Below are positions 46,895 through 56,728 of a stretch of DNA of 64,000 nt, piece by piece (within the stretch, counting starts at the first letter, position 1; every line of letters starts with the position of its first letter). Origin of the DNA: an uncultured Solirubrobacteraceae bacterium (lineage in GTDB: Bacteria; Actinomycetota; Thermoleophilia; Solirubrobacterales; Solirubrobacteraceae); the NCBI GenBank assembly GCA_963821425.1, contig CAWGDS010000002.1:115775-179774 (forward strand). Reading direction: 5' to 3'. Position numbers and translations under genes: made by a program. The notes beneath the pieces were generated by a model. That model worked only from the letters and a program-made list of their open reading frames with translations, ran no database searches and had not been told where the DNA came from.

Positions 46895-46963
46895 GGCGCG
46901 CCCTGCCCGCCGCGGCGGCCCAGGCCACGCCAGCTCCCGACCCCAGGACCCACGCAAACGACC

Positions 46964-47620
46964 ATGTACGCGATCGTCAAGACCGGCGGCAAGCAGTACC
47001 GCGTAGAGCGCGGCCAGAAGCTGCTGGTCGAGCGCCTGAAGGCCGATGAGGGCGCCGACGTGACGCTCGAGCCGCTGCTGTTCCGGTCCGACGATGCCGT
47101 CTTCGACAAGGACGGCCTGGCCGGCGTGCAGGTGACCGCGAGGGTGCTCGGCCACGTCCGCGGGGAAAAGCTGCGGGTCGCCAAGTTCAAGCCCAAGCGG
47201 GGCTACAAACGCCGCACCGGTCACCGCCAGGAGCTGACCCAGATCGAGGTCGTGGACATCTCCCACGGGTCCAAAGCGGCTCGCAAAGCGCCGGCCAAAG
47301 CGAAGGCCGAGGAGCCGCAGACCCAGGCGGCCCCGAAAGCCGAGGCGGCCCCCAAAGCCGAGGCGGCCCCGAAAGCGGCCAAAGCCAAAGCCGAGCCGGC
47401 CGCCAAAGGGGCGGCCAAAGCCGAGCCCGTGAAAGCCAAAGCGGAGTCTGCGAAAGCCAAAGCCGAGCCCGCCAAAGCCAAAGCCGAGCCGAAAGCGAAA
47501 GCCCCCGCCAAACCGAAAGCCAAAGCCGACGCCAAAGGCAAAGCCGACGCCAAAGGCAAAGCCGCAGTGAAACCGAAACCGGCGAGCCCGGCCGAGGAGG
47601 ACAAACCCGATGGCTCATAA
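46964..47620 (+). CDS. rplU: 50S ribosomal protein L21 with a ~115-aa Ala/Lys/Pro-rich C-terminal extension
   Basis: [20 protein letters not shown]...[23 protein letters not shown] is a complete L21 core of about 103 aa. It is followed by [39 protein letters not shown].... Confidence 0.9.
   Translation: MYAIVKTGGKQYRVERGQKLLVERLKADEGADVTLEPLLFRSDDAVFDKDGLAGVQVTARVLGHVRGEKLRVAKFKPKRGYKRRTGHRQELTQIEVVDISHGSKAARKAPAKAKAEEPQTQAAPKAEAAPKAEAAPKAAKAKAEPAAKGAAKAEPVKAKAESAKAKAEPAKAKAEPKAKAPAKPKAKADAKGKADAKGKAAVKPKPASPAEEDKPDGS
47273..47617 (+). repeat. Imperfect tandem coding repeats (gcc-gag-gcg-gcc-ccN-aaa-gcc type) encoding the L21 tail
   Basis: Reiterated aaagcc, gccgag and gccaaa units are visible throughout 47290-47580. 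Confidence 0.7.
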
Positions 47621-47867
47621 GAAGGGGCTCGGATCGAGCCGTAACGGACGCGACTCCAACGCCCAGCGCCTCGGCGTGAAGACCTTCGCGGGCCAGACGG
47701 TGAGCGGCGGGGAGATCATCGTTCGCCAGCGGGGCACCCGCTTCAAGCCCGGCAACGGCGTCGGGATCGGCAAAGACGACACCCTGTTCGCGATCGCCGC
47801 TGGCACGGTCGAGTTCAAGACCGGCCGCCGCGGGCGGACGGTCAGCATCGTCCCCGCGGCCGAGTAG
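47610..47867 (+). CDS. rpmA: 50S ribosomal protein L27
   Basis: [24 protein letters not shown]...[15 protein letters not shown]. It overlaps the rplU 3' end by 11 nt. Confidence 0.95.
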   Translation: MAHKKGLGSSRNGRDSNAQRLGVKTFAGQTVSGGEIIVRQRGTRFKPGNGVGIGKDDTLFAIAAGTVEFKTGRRGRTVSIVPAAE

Positions 47868-47868
47868 C

Positions 47869-47888
47869 GCCGCCGGCCGGCCGGCGGC
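47869..47888. terminator. Perfect 20-nt GC palindrome between convergent rpmA and SDR
   Basis: gccgccggccggccggcggc is its own reverse complement. Confidence 0.35.
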
Positions 47889-47908
47889 CGCCCGCCGCCG
47901 TCCCCCGG

Positions 47909-48614
47909 TTACCCCGCCTGGGCGGTGGGGCGGATCAGGACCTCGTTGACGCTCACGTGCTCGGGCTGGTTGGTGGCGTAGATCACCGCGCGGGCGATGT
48001 CGTCGTCCTGCAGGGCTTCCCGGGGGCGCTCATCGAAGAAGGGCGTGTCGACCATCCCCGGCTCGATCGAGGTGACGCGGACGCCCTTGTCGTGGAGCTC
48101 CTGGCGGGCGGCCTCGGCCATCGCCGTGACGGCGTGCTTGGTGCACGAGTACAGCGAACCCGGCAGCACCCGCCGGCCGGCCACGCTGGAGGTCAGCAGC
48201 AGCTGGCCGCGGTTGGTGATCAGCTGCTCCATCGTGGCCCGGATCGTGAGCGCCGCCCCGAGCACGTTCGTGAGGACCATGTCGCGCCAGTGCTCCGGGG
48301 TGTCCTGCGGAGAAGCCCCGCTTGCCGCCGAAGCCGGCGTTGGCAAAGGCCACGTCCACGCGCCCGAAGGCCTCCAGGGCGGCGGCCACCATCGCCTGCT
48401 GCTGCTCCCACTCGGTCACGTCGCACCGCACGGCCAGTGCCTGCTCGTCCCCGCCCAGCTCCGCGGCCAGGTCCTGCAGGCGATCGGTCGAGCGGGCGGC
48501 CAGCACCACGCGCCAGCCCTCCTGTACCGCCCGTCTGGCGGTCGCGGCGCCGATCCCGGATGAGGCACCCGTGATCAGGAACACGCCGCGGTTCGAGGTT
48601 GCTGGGTCGCTCAT
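47909..48614 (-). pseudogene. Short-chain dehydrogenase/reductase, interrupted by a frameshift
   Basis: The N-terminus MSDPATSNRGVFLITGASSGIGAATA...VDVAFANAGFGG is in the frame of ORF 48030-48665. The rest, SPQDTPEHWRDMVLTNVLGA...SSVAGRR...YSCTKHAV...IEPGMVDTP, is in the frame of ORF 47909-48346. The span is 706 nt (3n+1). The shift is at about 48315-48340. Confidence 0.75.
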
Positions 48615-48719
48615 CGCGCTTCGGCCTCCTGTGTCTCGAGGGTCGCTGCTCCGGCTGGGAGGCATCTAGCAGATCGCCTGCCCGGAGCCGTGCGCGGGCC
48701 TGTCACGATTGCTCGCAGG

Positions 48720-50072
48720 ATGCTCCACGACCGTGCACGGATCCATGTCCAGGCCGGGGCGGGCGGCGACGGTGCCGTCAGCCTCCGCCGCGAAGCGCAC
48801 GTGCCCCGGGGCGGGCCTGACGGCGGCGACGGCGGACGCGGCGGGGACGTGCTGGCCGTCTGCGACGCCTCCCTGCGGGACCTGCAGAGCTACCGGCGAC
48901 GGGCCCGCTACAAGGCCGGCCGCGGCGGTCACGGCTCCGGCGCCATGCGCCACGGCGCCGACGGGGAGACGCTCGAGCTGGCGGTTCCGCCCGGCACGCG
49001 GATCGAGGCCGACCCCGAGGAGGAGGGGCCGCTCGCGGGCCGCAGCTGGGAGCTGCTCACGCCCGGCACCAGCGTGGTGCTGGCCCGCGGGGGTAGCGGC
49101 GGCGCCGGCAACAAGCACTTCGCCACCCCAACCAGGCAGACGCCCAGGTTCGGCGAGCGGGGACTCGTGGGTGAGGAGGGATGGCTGTCCCTGCAGCTGC
49201 GCCTGCTCGCCGACGTGGGCCTCGTCGGGCTCCCCAACGCGGGCAAGTCCTCGCTGCTGGCCCGCCTCACGAGGGCGGCCCCGAAGATCGCCGACTACCC
49301 CTTCACGACGCTCTCGCCGGTGCTCGGCGTGCTCGAAGCCGACGAACGCCAGCTGGTGATCGCCGACATCCCCGGCCTGATCGAGGGGGCCAGCGAGGGC
49401 GCCGGCCTGGGCCACGAGTTCCTGGCCCACATCGAGCGCACCCGCCTGCTCGTGCACGTGCTCGACATCGCGCCGGAGCTCTCACAGGGACAGGGGGCGG
49501 ACCTGCTCGCCAACCACGAGACGATCGAGCACGAGCTGGCCGCCCACGACCGTCGCCTGGCGGAGCTCCCGCGGGTGCTGGTGCTGTCGAAGTCCGACCT
49601 CGTGGACGAGGCCACGATCGCGCGCGAACTGGCTGTCTGGAGCGAGCGCCTCGGCCCGGATGTTCCCGTGCTCGCCTGCTCGAGCGCCACCGGGGCGGGG
49701 CTGGACCGGCTGGCTCGCGAGCTGCTGCTCCGCGTCCCCGCCGAGCCCGGCCCGGGCACCGAGGCGCCGGCCGAGGACGCCGCGGGATCCGACGCCGGGG
49801 ACGCCTACGAGCTGGCCGAGCACATGCTGTTCCGGCCCCGCCCGAAAGAGGGCTTTCAGGTCGAGCGCCTGCAGGAGAACGCCTTCGCGGTGAGCGGTCG
49901 CGGCATCGAGCGGCTGCTCGAACGTTTCGACCTCGACAACGAGGAGGCCCTCGCCCACCTCGAGGAGCGTCTGCGCAGCATCGGCGTGATCAAGGCGCTC
50001 GAGAAGGAGGGCTTCAAGCCCGGGGACGAGGTCGAGATCGCGGGCGTGACGTTCGATCTGGATCCCCGATAG
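48720..50072 (+). CDS. obg: GTPase Obg/CgtA
   Basis: The ATG at 48720 gives MLHDRARIHVQAGAGGDGAVS (Gly-rich Obg fold). GTPase motifs GLPNAGKSSLL, DIPGLIEGA and SKSD are present. A C-terminal OCT domain is present. Confidence 0.95.
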   Translation: MLHDRARIHVQAGAGGDGAVSLRREAHVPRGGPDGGDGGRGGDVLAVCDASLRDLQSYRRRARYKAGRGGHGSGAMRHGADGETLELAVPPGTRIEADPEEEGPLAGRSWELLTPGTSVVLARGGSGGAGNKHFATPTRQTPRFGERGLVGEEGWLSLQLRLLADVGLVGLPNAGKSSLLARLTRAAPKIADYPFTTLSPVLGVLEADERQLVIADIPGLIEGASEGAGLGHEFLAHIERTRLLVHVLDIAPELSQGQGADLLANHETIEHELAAHDRRLAELPRVLVLSKSDLVDEATIARELAVWSERLGPDVPVLACSSATGAGLDRLARELLLRVPAEPGPGTEAPAEDAAGSDAGDAYELAEHMLFRPRPKEGFQVERLQENAFAVSGRGIERLLERFDLDNEEALAHLEERLRSIGVIKALEKEGFKPGDEVEIAGVTFDLDPR

Positions 50073-50109
50073 CGGTGCGGCGCCCGCCGGCAAGGGAGAA
50101 TCCCCGCCC

Positions 50110-51231
50110 ATGAGGCGGATCGTGGTCAAGCTCGGCTCGAGCGTCGTCGCCGACGGCGAGGGTTCGCTGCGCACCGACGAGCTGGCGTCGCTGTGTGACC
50201 TGCTGGCCGGCGCCCACCAGCAGGGGGACGAGATGGTGATCGTCACCAGCGGGGCGATCGCGCGCGGGATGCGGGTCATGGAGCTGCCCCAGCGCCCCAC
50301 CTCGGTGGGCGACCTGCAGGCCGCCAGCGCTGTCGGGCAGGGCAAGCTGTACCGCGTCTATGACGAGCTGCTGCGCGAACGCGGGGTGACCAGCGCCCAG
50401 CTGCTGCTCACCTTCTTCGATATGAGCGCCCGCACCCACTACCTCAACGCCCGCCAGACGCTGAGGACGCTGCTGGAGTGGAGGGTGCTGCCCGTCATCA
50501 ACGAGAACGACACCACCGCCACGGACGAGATCTCCTTCGGCGACAACGACTTCCTGGCCGCCCAGGTGGCGGTCCTGATCTCCGCCGATCAGCTGGTCCT
50601 GCTGACCGACACCGACGGCCTCTATACGGCCGATCCGCGACACCACCCGGACGCCCGCATCATCAGCGAAGTGAGCGACTTCACGAAGCTGGAGGACCTC
50701 GAGATCGGGCACACCACCTCGCCCCTGGGGTCGGGCGGGATGCGTTCCAAGGTGGTGGCCGCCGAGATGGCGACCGCCGCCGGCATCGCCACCGTGATCT
50801 GCAACGGTCGCACCCCCGCGGCGTTGGCGGCCGTGCTTGCGGGTCAGCGGGGCGCCGGCGCGGGGACGCTGTTCCCGGCCCGCGACGCCCGCTACAGCTC
50901 CTTCAAGCTGTGGCTGAAGTACGCCAAGCCCTCCCGCGGCACGCTGGTCGTGGACGACGGCGCCGCCCGCGCCCTGCGGGAGGGGAGCGCGAGCCTACTG
51001 CCGGTGGGGGTGGTGGAGGTGATCGGCGAGTTCGACGCCGGCGATGCGGTCGAGATCGCGGCCCGCGCCGGAGATGGCGGGGGCCGGGGAGGGACGCTCG
51101 CGAAGGGGATCTCCAACTACACCGCCGGCGAGTTGCAGCAGGTGGCGGGGCTGAAGTCCGAGGCCGTGAGGGAGATCCTGCCGCGCGCCAGCGATGAGGC
51201 CGTGCACCGGGACTACCTCGTGCTCGAGTAG
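50110..51231 (+). CDS. proB: Glutamate 5-kinase (with PUA domain)
   Basis: RIVVKLGSSVV, VIVTSGAIARG, INENDTTATDEISFGDND and GSGGMRSKV. Confidence 0.95.
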   Translation: MRRIVVKLGSSVVADGEGSLRTDELASLCDLLAGAHQQGDEMVIVTSGAIARGMRVMELPQRPTSVGDLQAASAVGQGKLYRVYDELLRERGVTSAQLLLTFFDMSARTHYLNARQTLRTLLEWRVLPVINENDTTATDEISFGDNDFLAAQVAVLISADQLVLLTDTDGLYTADPRHHPDARIISEVSDFTKLEDLEIGHTTSPLGSGGMRSKVVAAEMATAAGIATVICNGRTPAALAAVLAGQRGAGAGTLFPARDARYSSFKLWLKYAKPSRGTLVVDDGAARALREGSASLLPVGVVEVIGEFDAGDAVEIAARAGDGGGRGGTLAKGISNYTAGELQQVAGLKSEAVREILPRASDEAVHRDYLVLE

Positions 51232-51255
51232 CGGGCGGCGTACCCTGTAGCGGAG

Positions 51256-52590
51256 ATGGCCACCGCCGCCCCAGCTACCACGAGCGACGCGCCGGCCGCA
51301 CCCGCGGGCCGCGTCGCCGGGATCTGCGCCACCGCCAAGCGGGCCGCCCGCGTGCTCGCGCAGAGCGACACCTCGCTGAAGGACGCGGCGCTGGCTGCGA
51401 TCGCCCGTGCGCTGCGCGAGCGCACCCCCGAGATCCTGCAGGCGAACGAGCGCGACATGCAGGCCGGCGAGCGCGACGGGATCGGCGACGCGCTGCTCGA
51501 CCGCCTGCGCCTTGACGAGGGCCGCATCGAGGGCATCGCCCTGGCGGTCGAGGAGATCGCCTCGCTGCCCGACCCCGTGGGCGAGCTGATCGACGGCCGG
51601 CGGCTGCCCAACGGCCTCGACCTGCGCAAGGTGCGGGTCCCGCTCGGGGTGGTCGCGGTCGTGTACGAGGCGCGACCGAACGTGACAGTGGACGCCGCCG
51701 CGCTGGCGCTGAAGTCGGGCAACGCGATCGTGCTGCGCGGCTCGAGCACGGCCGCCAACTCCAACGCGGTGCTGGCCGAGATCGTGTCCACGGCGGCCGT
51801 CGGCGCCGGACTCCCCGAGGGCTGCGTGAGCCTGGTGGCGGGCGGGGGGCGGGAGGAGCTGGCCGAGATCGCCACCCAGACGGGCACCGTGGACCTGATC
51901 ATCCCGCGCGGGGGAGAGGGCCTGAAGGCGGCGCTGCAGGCGGTCGCCACGGTTCCCGTGATCTACGCCGCCTCGGGCAACTGCCACATCTACGTGGACG
52001 CCGGCGCCGACCTCGAGCAGGCGCTCGCGATCGTCCTCAACGCGAAGGTCCAGCGCCCGGGCGTGTGCAACGCGGCCGAGACGCTGCTGGTGCACGAGCG
52101 CCTGGCCGACGAGTTCCTGCCGCTGGTCCTCGAAGGCCTCGGCGACGCCGGTGTCCTGGTACGGGCCGACGGTGACGCGATCGCACGGGCGGGGGGCGAC
52201 CCGGGGGCCGGCTCGCAGCAGCTAGCCGGGGCGCTGGTGGAGCCCGCAAGCGAAGAGGACTTCGCCACCGAGTACCTCGCCCCGATCATCGCCGTGGGGA
52301 TCGTCCGCGGGCTCGAGCAGGCCCTCGAGCACATCGCCCGCCATGGCAGCGGCCACTCCGAGGCGATCGTCACGCGCGACGCGGCGTCGGCTGCGGCCTT
52401 CCGTATGGGCGTGGACGCCGCCTGCGTGTACGTCAACGCCTCCACCCGCTTCACCGACGGTGGTGAGTTCGGGATGGGCGCGGAGATCGGCAATTCCACC
52501 CAGAAGCTCCACGCGCGCGGGCCGATCGGCCTGCGCGAGCTGTGCACCTTCAAGTACATCGTCGAAGGCGACGGGCACGTCCGCTCTTGA
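51256..52590 (+). CDS. proA: Gamma-glutamyl phosphate reductase
   Basis: PLGVVAVVYEARPNVTVDAA, LRGS and the active-site Cys context PGVCNAAETLLVH. Confidence 0.95.
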   Translation: MATAAPATTSDAPAAPAGRVAGICATAKRAARVLAQSDTSLKDAALAAIARALRERTPEILQANERDMQAGERDGIGDALLDRLRLDEGRIEGIALAVEEIASLPDPVGELIDGRRLPNGLDLRKVRVPLGVVAVVYEARPNVTVDAAALALKSGNAIVLRGSSTAANSNAVLAEIVSTAAVGAGLPEGCVSLVAGGGREELAEIATQTGTVDLIIPRGGEGLKAALQAVATVPVIYAASGNCHIYVDAGADLEQALAIVLNAKVQRPGVCNAAETLLVHERLADEFLPLVLEGLGDAGVLVRADGDAIARAGGDPGAGSQQLAGALVEPASEEDFATEYLAPIIAVGIVRGLEQALEHIARHGSGHSEAIVTRDAASAAAFRMGVDAACVYVNASTRFTDGGEFGMGAEIGNSTQKLHARGPIGLRELCTFKYIVEGDGHVRS

Positions 52591-52615
52591 GCGCGGCGCA
52601 GCGCCTCCGCAACGG

Positions 52616-53266
52616 GTGTCGATCGGGGTCCTCGGGGGGACATTCAACCCCCCGCATCTCGGGCACCTTCAGATCGCCCGTTGCGCGCTGGCGCAGCTGG
52701 TGCTCGAGCGGGTGCTGCTGATGCCGGCGCGAATGAACCCGCTGAAGCCGGCCGAGCACGACCCCGGACCGGAGCATCGGCTGCGGATGTGTGAGCTGCT
52801 GTGCTCCGGGGAGGAGGGGCTCCAGACGTGCGCCGCCGAGCTCTCCCGCGAGGGGCCCTCCTACACCGTGCAGACGCTGCGCGAGCTGCACCGCTCCCAC
52901 CCCGATGTCGGCTGGGCCTTCATCGCCGGTGCCGACGCCGCCGCCACGCTGCCGCACTGGCACGCCCCGGCGGAGCTGCTCGGGCTCGCCCGGCTGGCGG
53001 TCGCCGGCCGCGGGCAGGAGACCCGCGAGCGGGTGCTGGGCGCGGTGGCACAGGTGAGCGCGCAGGACGGACTGCCCGCCGGCGCGATCGGCGATCAGGG
53101 GGTGCGGCCGGGGCCCGAGGTCAGCTTCCTGGAGATGGCCCCGATCGAGGTCTCCTCCTCGCAGGTGCGCGAGCGCGTGGCGCGCGGCGAGCCGGTGGCG
53201 GAGCTCGTCGGCGAGCCCGTCGCCCGCTACATCGCCGAGCAGCGGCTCTACCGCGTGGCGGCATGA
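52616..53266 (+). CDS. nadD: Nicotinate-nucleotide adenylyltransferase
   Basis: The GTG at 52616 gives IGVLGGTFNPPHLGHL (the (H/T)xGH motif). Also SYTVQTLREL and a late SSSQVR motif. Confidence 0.9.
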   Translation: MSIGVLGGTFNPPHLGHLQIARCALAQLVLERVLLMPARMNPLKPAEHDPGPEHRLRMCELLCSGEEGLQTCAAELSREGPSYTVQTLRELHRSHPDVGWAFIAGADAAATLPHWHAPAELLGLARLAVAGRGQETRERVLGAVAQVSAQDGLPAGAIGDQGVRPGPEVSFLEMAPIEVSSSQVRERVARGEPVAELVGEPVARYIAEQRLYRVAA

Positions 53267-53640
53267 GCGAGCGGGGCGGCCCTGTCGTCGGCGGCGACCC
53301 GCTGATCGAGGAGATCGCCCGTTACGCGACCGACAAGAAGGCCCTCGACGTGGTCGAGCTCGACCTGCGTGGGGTGCTCGGCTACACCGACTACTTCCTC
53401 GTCTGCTCCGGGCGCACGGGGCGCCAGGCCAAGGCGATCCACGACGGGATCCTCGAGGGCCTCAAGCACGAGCACGACATGCTTCCCCGCCGCGTCGAGG
53501 GCTCGCCGGGCGGCGGCTGGATCCTGATGGACTACCTCGACGTGGTGGTGCACATCTTCACCCCCGAGAAGCGCGACTTCTACCGCCTGGAGCAGCTCTG
53601 GGGCGAGGTGCCGGTGCGCGCCGCGGGCGGTGCACCTTGA
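53263..53640 (+). CDS. rsfS: Ribosome silencing factor RsfS (iojap-like)
   Basis: ATGA overlap with nadD. Motifs DYFLVCSGRTGRQAKAI, WILMDYLDVVVHIF and RDFYRLEQLW. Confidence 0.9.
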   Translation: MSERGGPVVGGDPLIEEIARYATDKKALDVVELDLRGVLGYTDYFLVCSGRTGRQAKAIHDGILEGLKHEHDMLPRRVEGSPGGGWILMDYLDVVVHIFTPEKRDFYRLEQLWGEVPVRAAGGAP

Positions 53641-53761
53641 CCGCCGTCCTGCTGACCGATTAGGGTCGCCCGCGGGGGCCGGCGAACGCGCCGTCCGCGC
53701 AGGTCGCGGGGGCTCGCCGCACCCACAGCGTTCCAACACGACACGACATGGAGGGGAGACC

Positions 53762-54994
53762 ATGAACCACGCCTTCGCGCGGCCTCGACCCGCGCGCCTG
53801 CTCACCATCGCCGCCGCCCTGACGGCCGCCATCGCGCTGCTCGCCGCCGCCCTCAGCCCGCCCGCTCACGCCGACGGCCCGGGCTCCGGGTCACCGTGGG
53901 TGGCCAGCCTCGGCGACTCCTACATCAGCGGCGAGGCCGGCAGATGGGCCGGGAACACGAACGAAAGCTCTTCCAAGGTCGACGCGCTGGGCTCGAGCGC
54001 CTACTACGACAACGCCGGCGGGACCGGGGAAACGATCGAAGGCTGCCACCGCTCGAAGTCGGCTGAGGTGTACATCGGCGGCGGCGTCAGTGGCGTGAAC
54101 CTCGCCTGCTCCGGCGCCAAGACGTCGAGCTTCTCGACCGAAGGGCTGTTCAAGCCCGGCCTGGACTTCTACAACTCCGGCGGCCACGAAGGCCAGGCGC
54201 TGATGCTCCAGCATTTCGCCTCAACCCACAACGTCAAACTCGTGGCGATCTCGATCGGCGGCAACAACTTCAACTTCGCCGGCATCGTCCAGGACTGCAT
54301 CGAAGACTTCCTGATCTCGCCCGAATGGTGGCCGGACTACTGCAGCGAAGAAAGCTACGTCACGAAAAACTTCAGCTCCTCGAACGTGGCCACGGTCAAG
54401 TCGGCGATCGCGGGCGCGATCAAGAACGTCGCGCAGGCGATGACCAACGCCGGCTACTCGAGCTCGCAATACTCGATCGTCGTCCAGAACTATCCCTCGC
54501 CGATCCCCAGCAGCAGCGGCTTCCGCTACTCGCAGAGCGGCTACACGCGCCAGTCGGTCGGGGGCTGCGGCTTCTGGAACAAGGACGCCAACTACGCCAA
54601 CTCGACGATGCTGCCGACGATCGACAGCACGGTCCTCGCCGCGGCCGCGGCGAGCGGGCTCTCGAACGTCAAGACGATGGAACTGGCCTCGGCCTTCAAC
54701 GGCCGGCGTCTGTGCGAAAAAGGCGTCGGCCTGCTCGAGGAAGAGGGGCTGTCGAACTGGAAAGCGGCTGAAGCGCCGAACAAGAGCGAGTGGTTCAGCC
54801 AGGTCCGCACCCTGACGACGCTGTTCGGACCCTACGAGCTGCAGGAAGACCTGCACCCCAACTACTGGGCGCAGCTGGCCCTGCGCAACTGCCTCACCCA
54901 GGCCTACAGCGGCGGCGTGCCGCGAGGCGGGACGTGCACCATCTCGGCGAGCGGGCTGAATTCTGCCGGCGAGCCGAACATGTCCCTGCACTAG
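53762..54994 (+). CDS. Secreted SGNH hydrolase (lipase/esterase type)
   Basis: The ATG at 53762 follows GGAGGGGAG. The signal peptide ends PPAHA. Motifs WVASLGDSYISGE, LACSGA, ISIGGNNF and LHPN. Confidence 0.75.
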   Translation: MNHAFARPRPARLLTIAAALTAAIALLAAALSPPAHADGPGSGSPWVASLGDSYISGEAGRWAGNTNESSSKVDALGSSAYYDNAGGTGETIEGCHRSKSAEVYIGGGVSGVNLACSGAKTSSFSTEGLFKPGLDFYNSGGHEGQALMLQHFASTHNVKLVAISIGGNNFNFAGIVQDCIEDFLISPEWWPDYCSEESYVTKNFSSSNVATVKSAIAGAIKNVAQAMTNAGYSSSQYSIVVQNYPSPIPSSSGFRYSQSGYTRQSVGGCGFWNKDANYANSTMLPTIDSTVLAAAAASGLSNVKTMELASAFNGRRLCEKGVGLLEEEGLSNWKAAEAPNKSEWFSQVRTLTTLFGPYELQEDLHPNYWAQLALRNCLTQAYSGGVPRGGTCTISASGLNSAGEPNMSLH

Positions 54995-55015
54995 CGGCAC
55001 AAATCCGGACAGCGA

Positions 55016-55041
55016 GGCCCCCCGGAGCGCGCCGGGGGGCC
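55016..55041. terminator. Hairpin: 10-bp perfect stem with a 6-nt loop
   Basis: ggccccccgg / ccggggggcc, 22 nt after the SGNH stop and between convergent genes. Confidence 0.4.
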
Positions 55042-55114
55042 GAGCGTCCGCGGCCGGCGTGCCGGATGGGCCGAGCGTCCGCCTCGACCGCGCCAGAAGT
55101 GCGGGCGTGCGGGG

Positions 55115-55924
55115 CTAGTGTGCCTGTTCGCCCGCCAGTCGCGGCAGCGGCTTGGCCGCCGCGCGGCGCGAGACGAGCAGCAGCGCGACTCCCTGGGTGG
55201 CCAGGGCGAGCGCGGTTGCCAGCGCGAACGACGCCCCCGTGGGGATGTGGCGAAGTGTCACGGCGAGGGTGAAGAAGAACAGGGCGAAGGCGGCGAAACC
55301 GCTGACCATCCCCCGCAGCATCGGTACCAGCTCGCCCGTACCCCGCTGGACGTGGGTGAAGACGGCCAGCACGGTGGCGATGATCGGGAACGGCGCCAGC
55401 AGCCCGCTGAGCTGGGGCCCGAGCCAGCCGGCCACGGCCGTGAGGCTCAGCACCAGCGCCAGCGCGCAGCCCGCTCGCAGGGGCAGGTCCCAGCTCGGGT
55501 GCGGGGGCGGCGAGTGGGGCAGGGCGGGGGGCCGCGGCAGCAGCAACAGCCCCGCGGTGACCGCCGCCAGCGCCAACGGCAGGGCGGCCTGGACGGGGAT
55601 GTCCAGCTCGCTGAACGCGGCGGTCATAGCGATGAACACCAGCCATCCGGCGAGCATGGTCGCGGCCCACGGGAAGCGGGGCGCCAGACGGGCGTACACG
55701 ACCACGAAGGCGATCAGCGAGACCAGCCCCAGCAGCGTGCCGGCGGCGGCGTTTGCGGCGAAGTGGCTGCCGTGTGCAATCGCGTAGGCGAGCAGGATCG
55801 GGCCCGCCACGACCGGCAGGCCCGCGACCAGGCCACCGACCCGCGCGCCGAAGCGCCGGGCCGCCAGCGAGGCGCCCACGACGAAGCTGGGCGCGAGCAG
55901 CACCTTCACCGCGATCAGGGTCAT
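55115..55924 (-). CDS. Integral membrane protein (hypothetical, about 8 TM)
   Basis: 269 aa and uniformly hydrophobic. It lies directly downstream of the HxlR-type regulator gene on the same strand. Confidence 0.55.
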   Translation of the reverse strand: MTLIAVKVLLAPSFVVGASLAARRFGARVGGLVAGLPVVAGPILLAYAIAHGSHFAANAAAGTLLGLVSLIAFVVVYARLAPRFPWAATMLAGWLVFIAMTAAFSELDIPVQAALPLALAAVTAGLLLLPRPPALPHSPPPHPSWDLPLRAGCALALVLSLTAVAGWLGPQLSGLLAPFPIIATVLAVFTHVQRGTGELVPMLRGMVSGFAAFALFFFTLAVTLRHIPTGASFALATALALATQGVALLLVSRRAAAKPLPRLAGEQAH

Positions 55925-55947
55925 GTCCTGATGATGGCGTACCGCCT

Positions 55948-56586
55948 TCAGGCGGCGACTGGCTGCATGCGGCGGATGACCCTCTCATCGCCGCCGAACT
56001 CGAGACCCTCCGAGCGCGCGGTGGCGAGATCGAGGCGTCCGCTGAGCACGCCGAGCAGTGTCTGAGGAGTGCCGCTGAGCCAGGCATCCGGCTCGCTGCC
56101 GTCACTGGGGCGGGTTTGGATCGTGCCCCCGGAGATCTCGAATACGACCGGTTCGTCGCCGGCGCTCAGCTCGACCGTGACCGGGGGCGCATCCGGTTCG
56201 CCGTCGGTGAGGAGCAGCGCGGCGGGCCACGCCAGCCAGCGGCTGCGGAACTGGTCCTCCTCGCACGGGCCCCCGGACATGTATGGCGCCCCCCAGCGGC
56301 CGAGGGCGAGCAGCACCGGCTCCAGCTCGCGGCCGCGCTCGGTCAGCTCGAAGACCGTCGCCGCGACCGGCGGGGGGGTGTCCCGGCGGCTCACGAGGCC
56401 CTCGCGAATGAGTTCTCGCAGGCGGTCGGCGAGCAGGTTGGTGGCGATCCCCGGGACCCCCTCGCGGATGTCGGTGTAGCGGGCCGGGCCGCGGACCAGC
56501 AGCTCGCGGATGATCAGCAGCGTCCAGCGGTCCCCGACGACATCCAGGGCCTTGGCTATCGAGCAGTACTGACGGTACGTTCGCAT
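55948..56586 (-). CDS. HxlR-type winged-helix regulator with a C-terminal SCP2-like domain
   Basis: The ATG at comp(56584-56586) gives MRTYRQYCSIAKALDVVGDRWTLLIIRELL...YTDI...GIATNLLADRLREL. Confidence 0.8.
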   Translation of the reverse strand: MRTYRQYCSIAKALDVVGDRWTLLIIRELLVRGPARYTDIREGVPGIATNLLADRLRELIREGLVSRRDTPPPVAATVFELTERGRELEPVLLALGRWGAPYMSGGPCEEDQFRSRWLAWPAALLLTDGEPDAPPVTVELSAGDEPVVFEISGGTIQTRPSDGSEPDAWLSGTPQTLLGVLSGRLDLATARSEGLEFGGDERVIRRMQPVAA

Positions 56587-56728
56587 CGACCTGCACCTCC
56601 CCGCTGAGGTTCCCGTGCAAACCGGCGCCATAAGCTCGTCCTATGGGCCACGCTTGATTCTCGCATGCCTACTCGTCGGCACGTCGCGGCGCGTTCGGCA
56701 GCACCGGGAGGCATAGGCTTCAGCTCCG

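Noticed and set aside
47290-47600. CRISPR-like or satellite array in the aaagcc/gccgag repeats
   Set aside because: The units are short, imperfect and in-frame within rplU, encoding an AKP-rich tail. There is no repeat-spacer structure and no cas genes.
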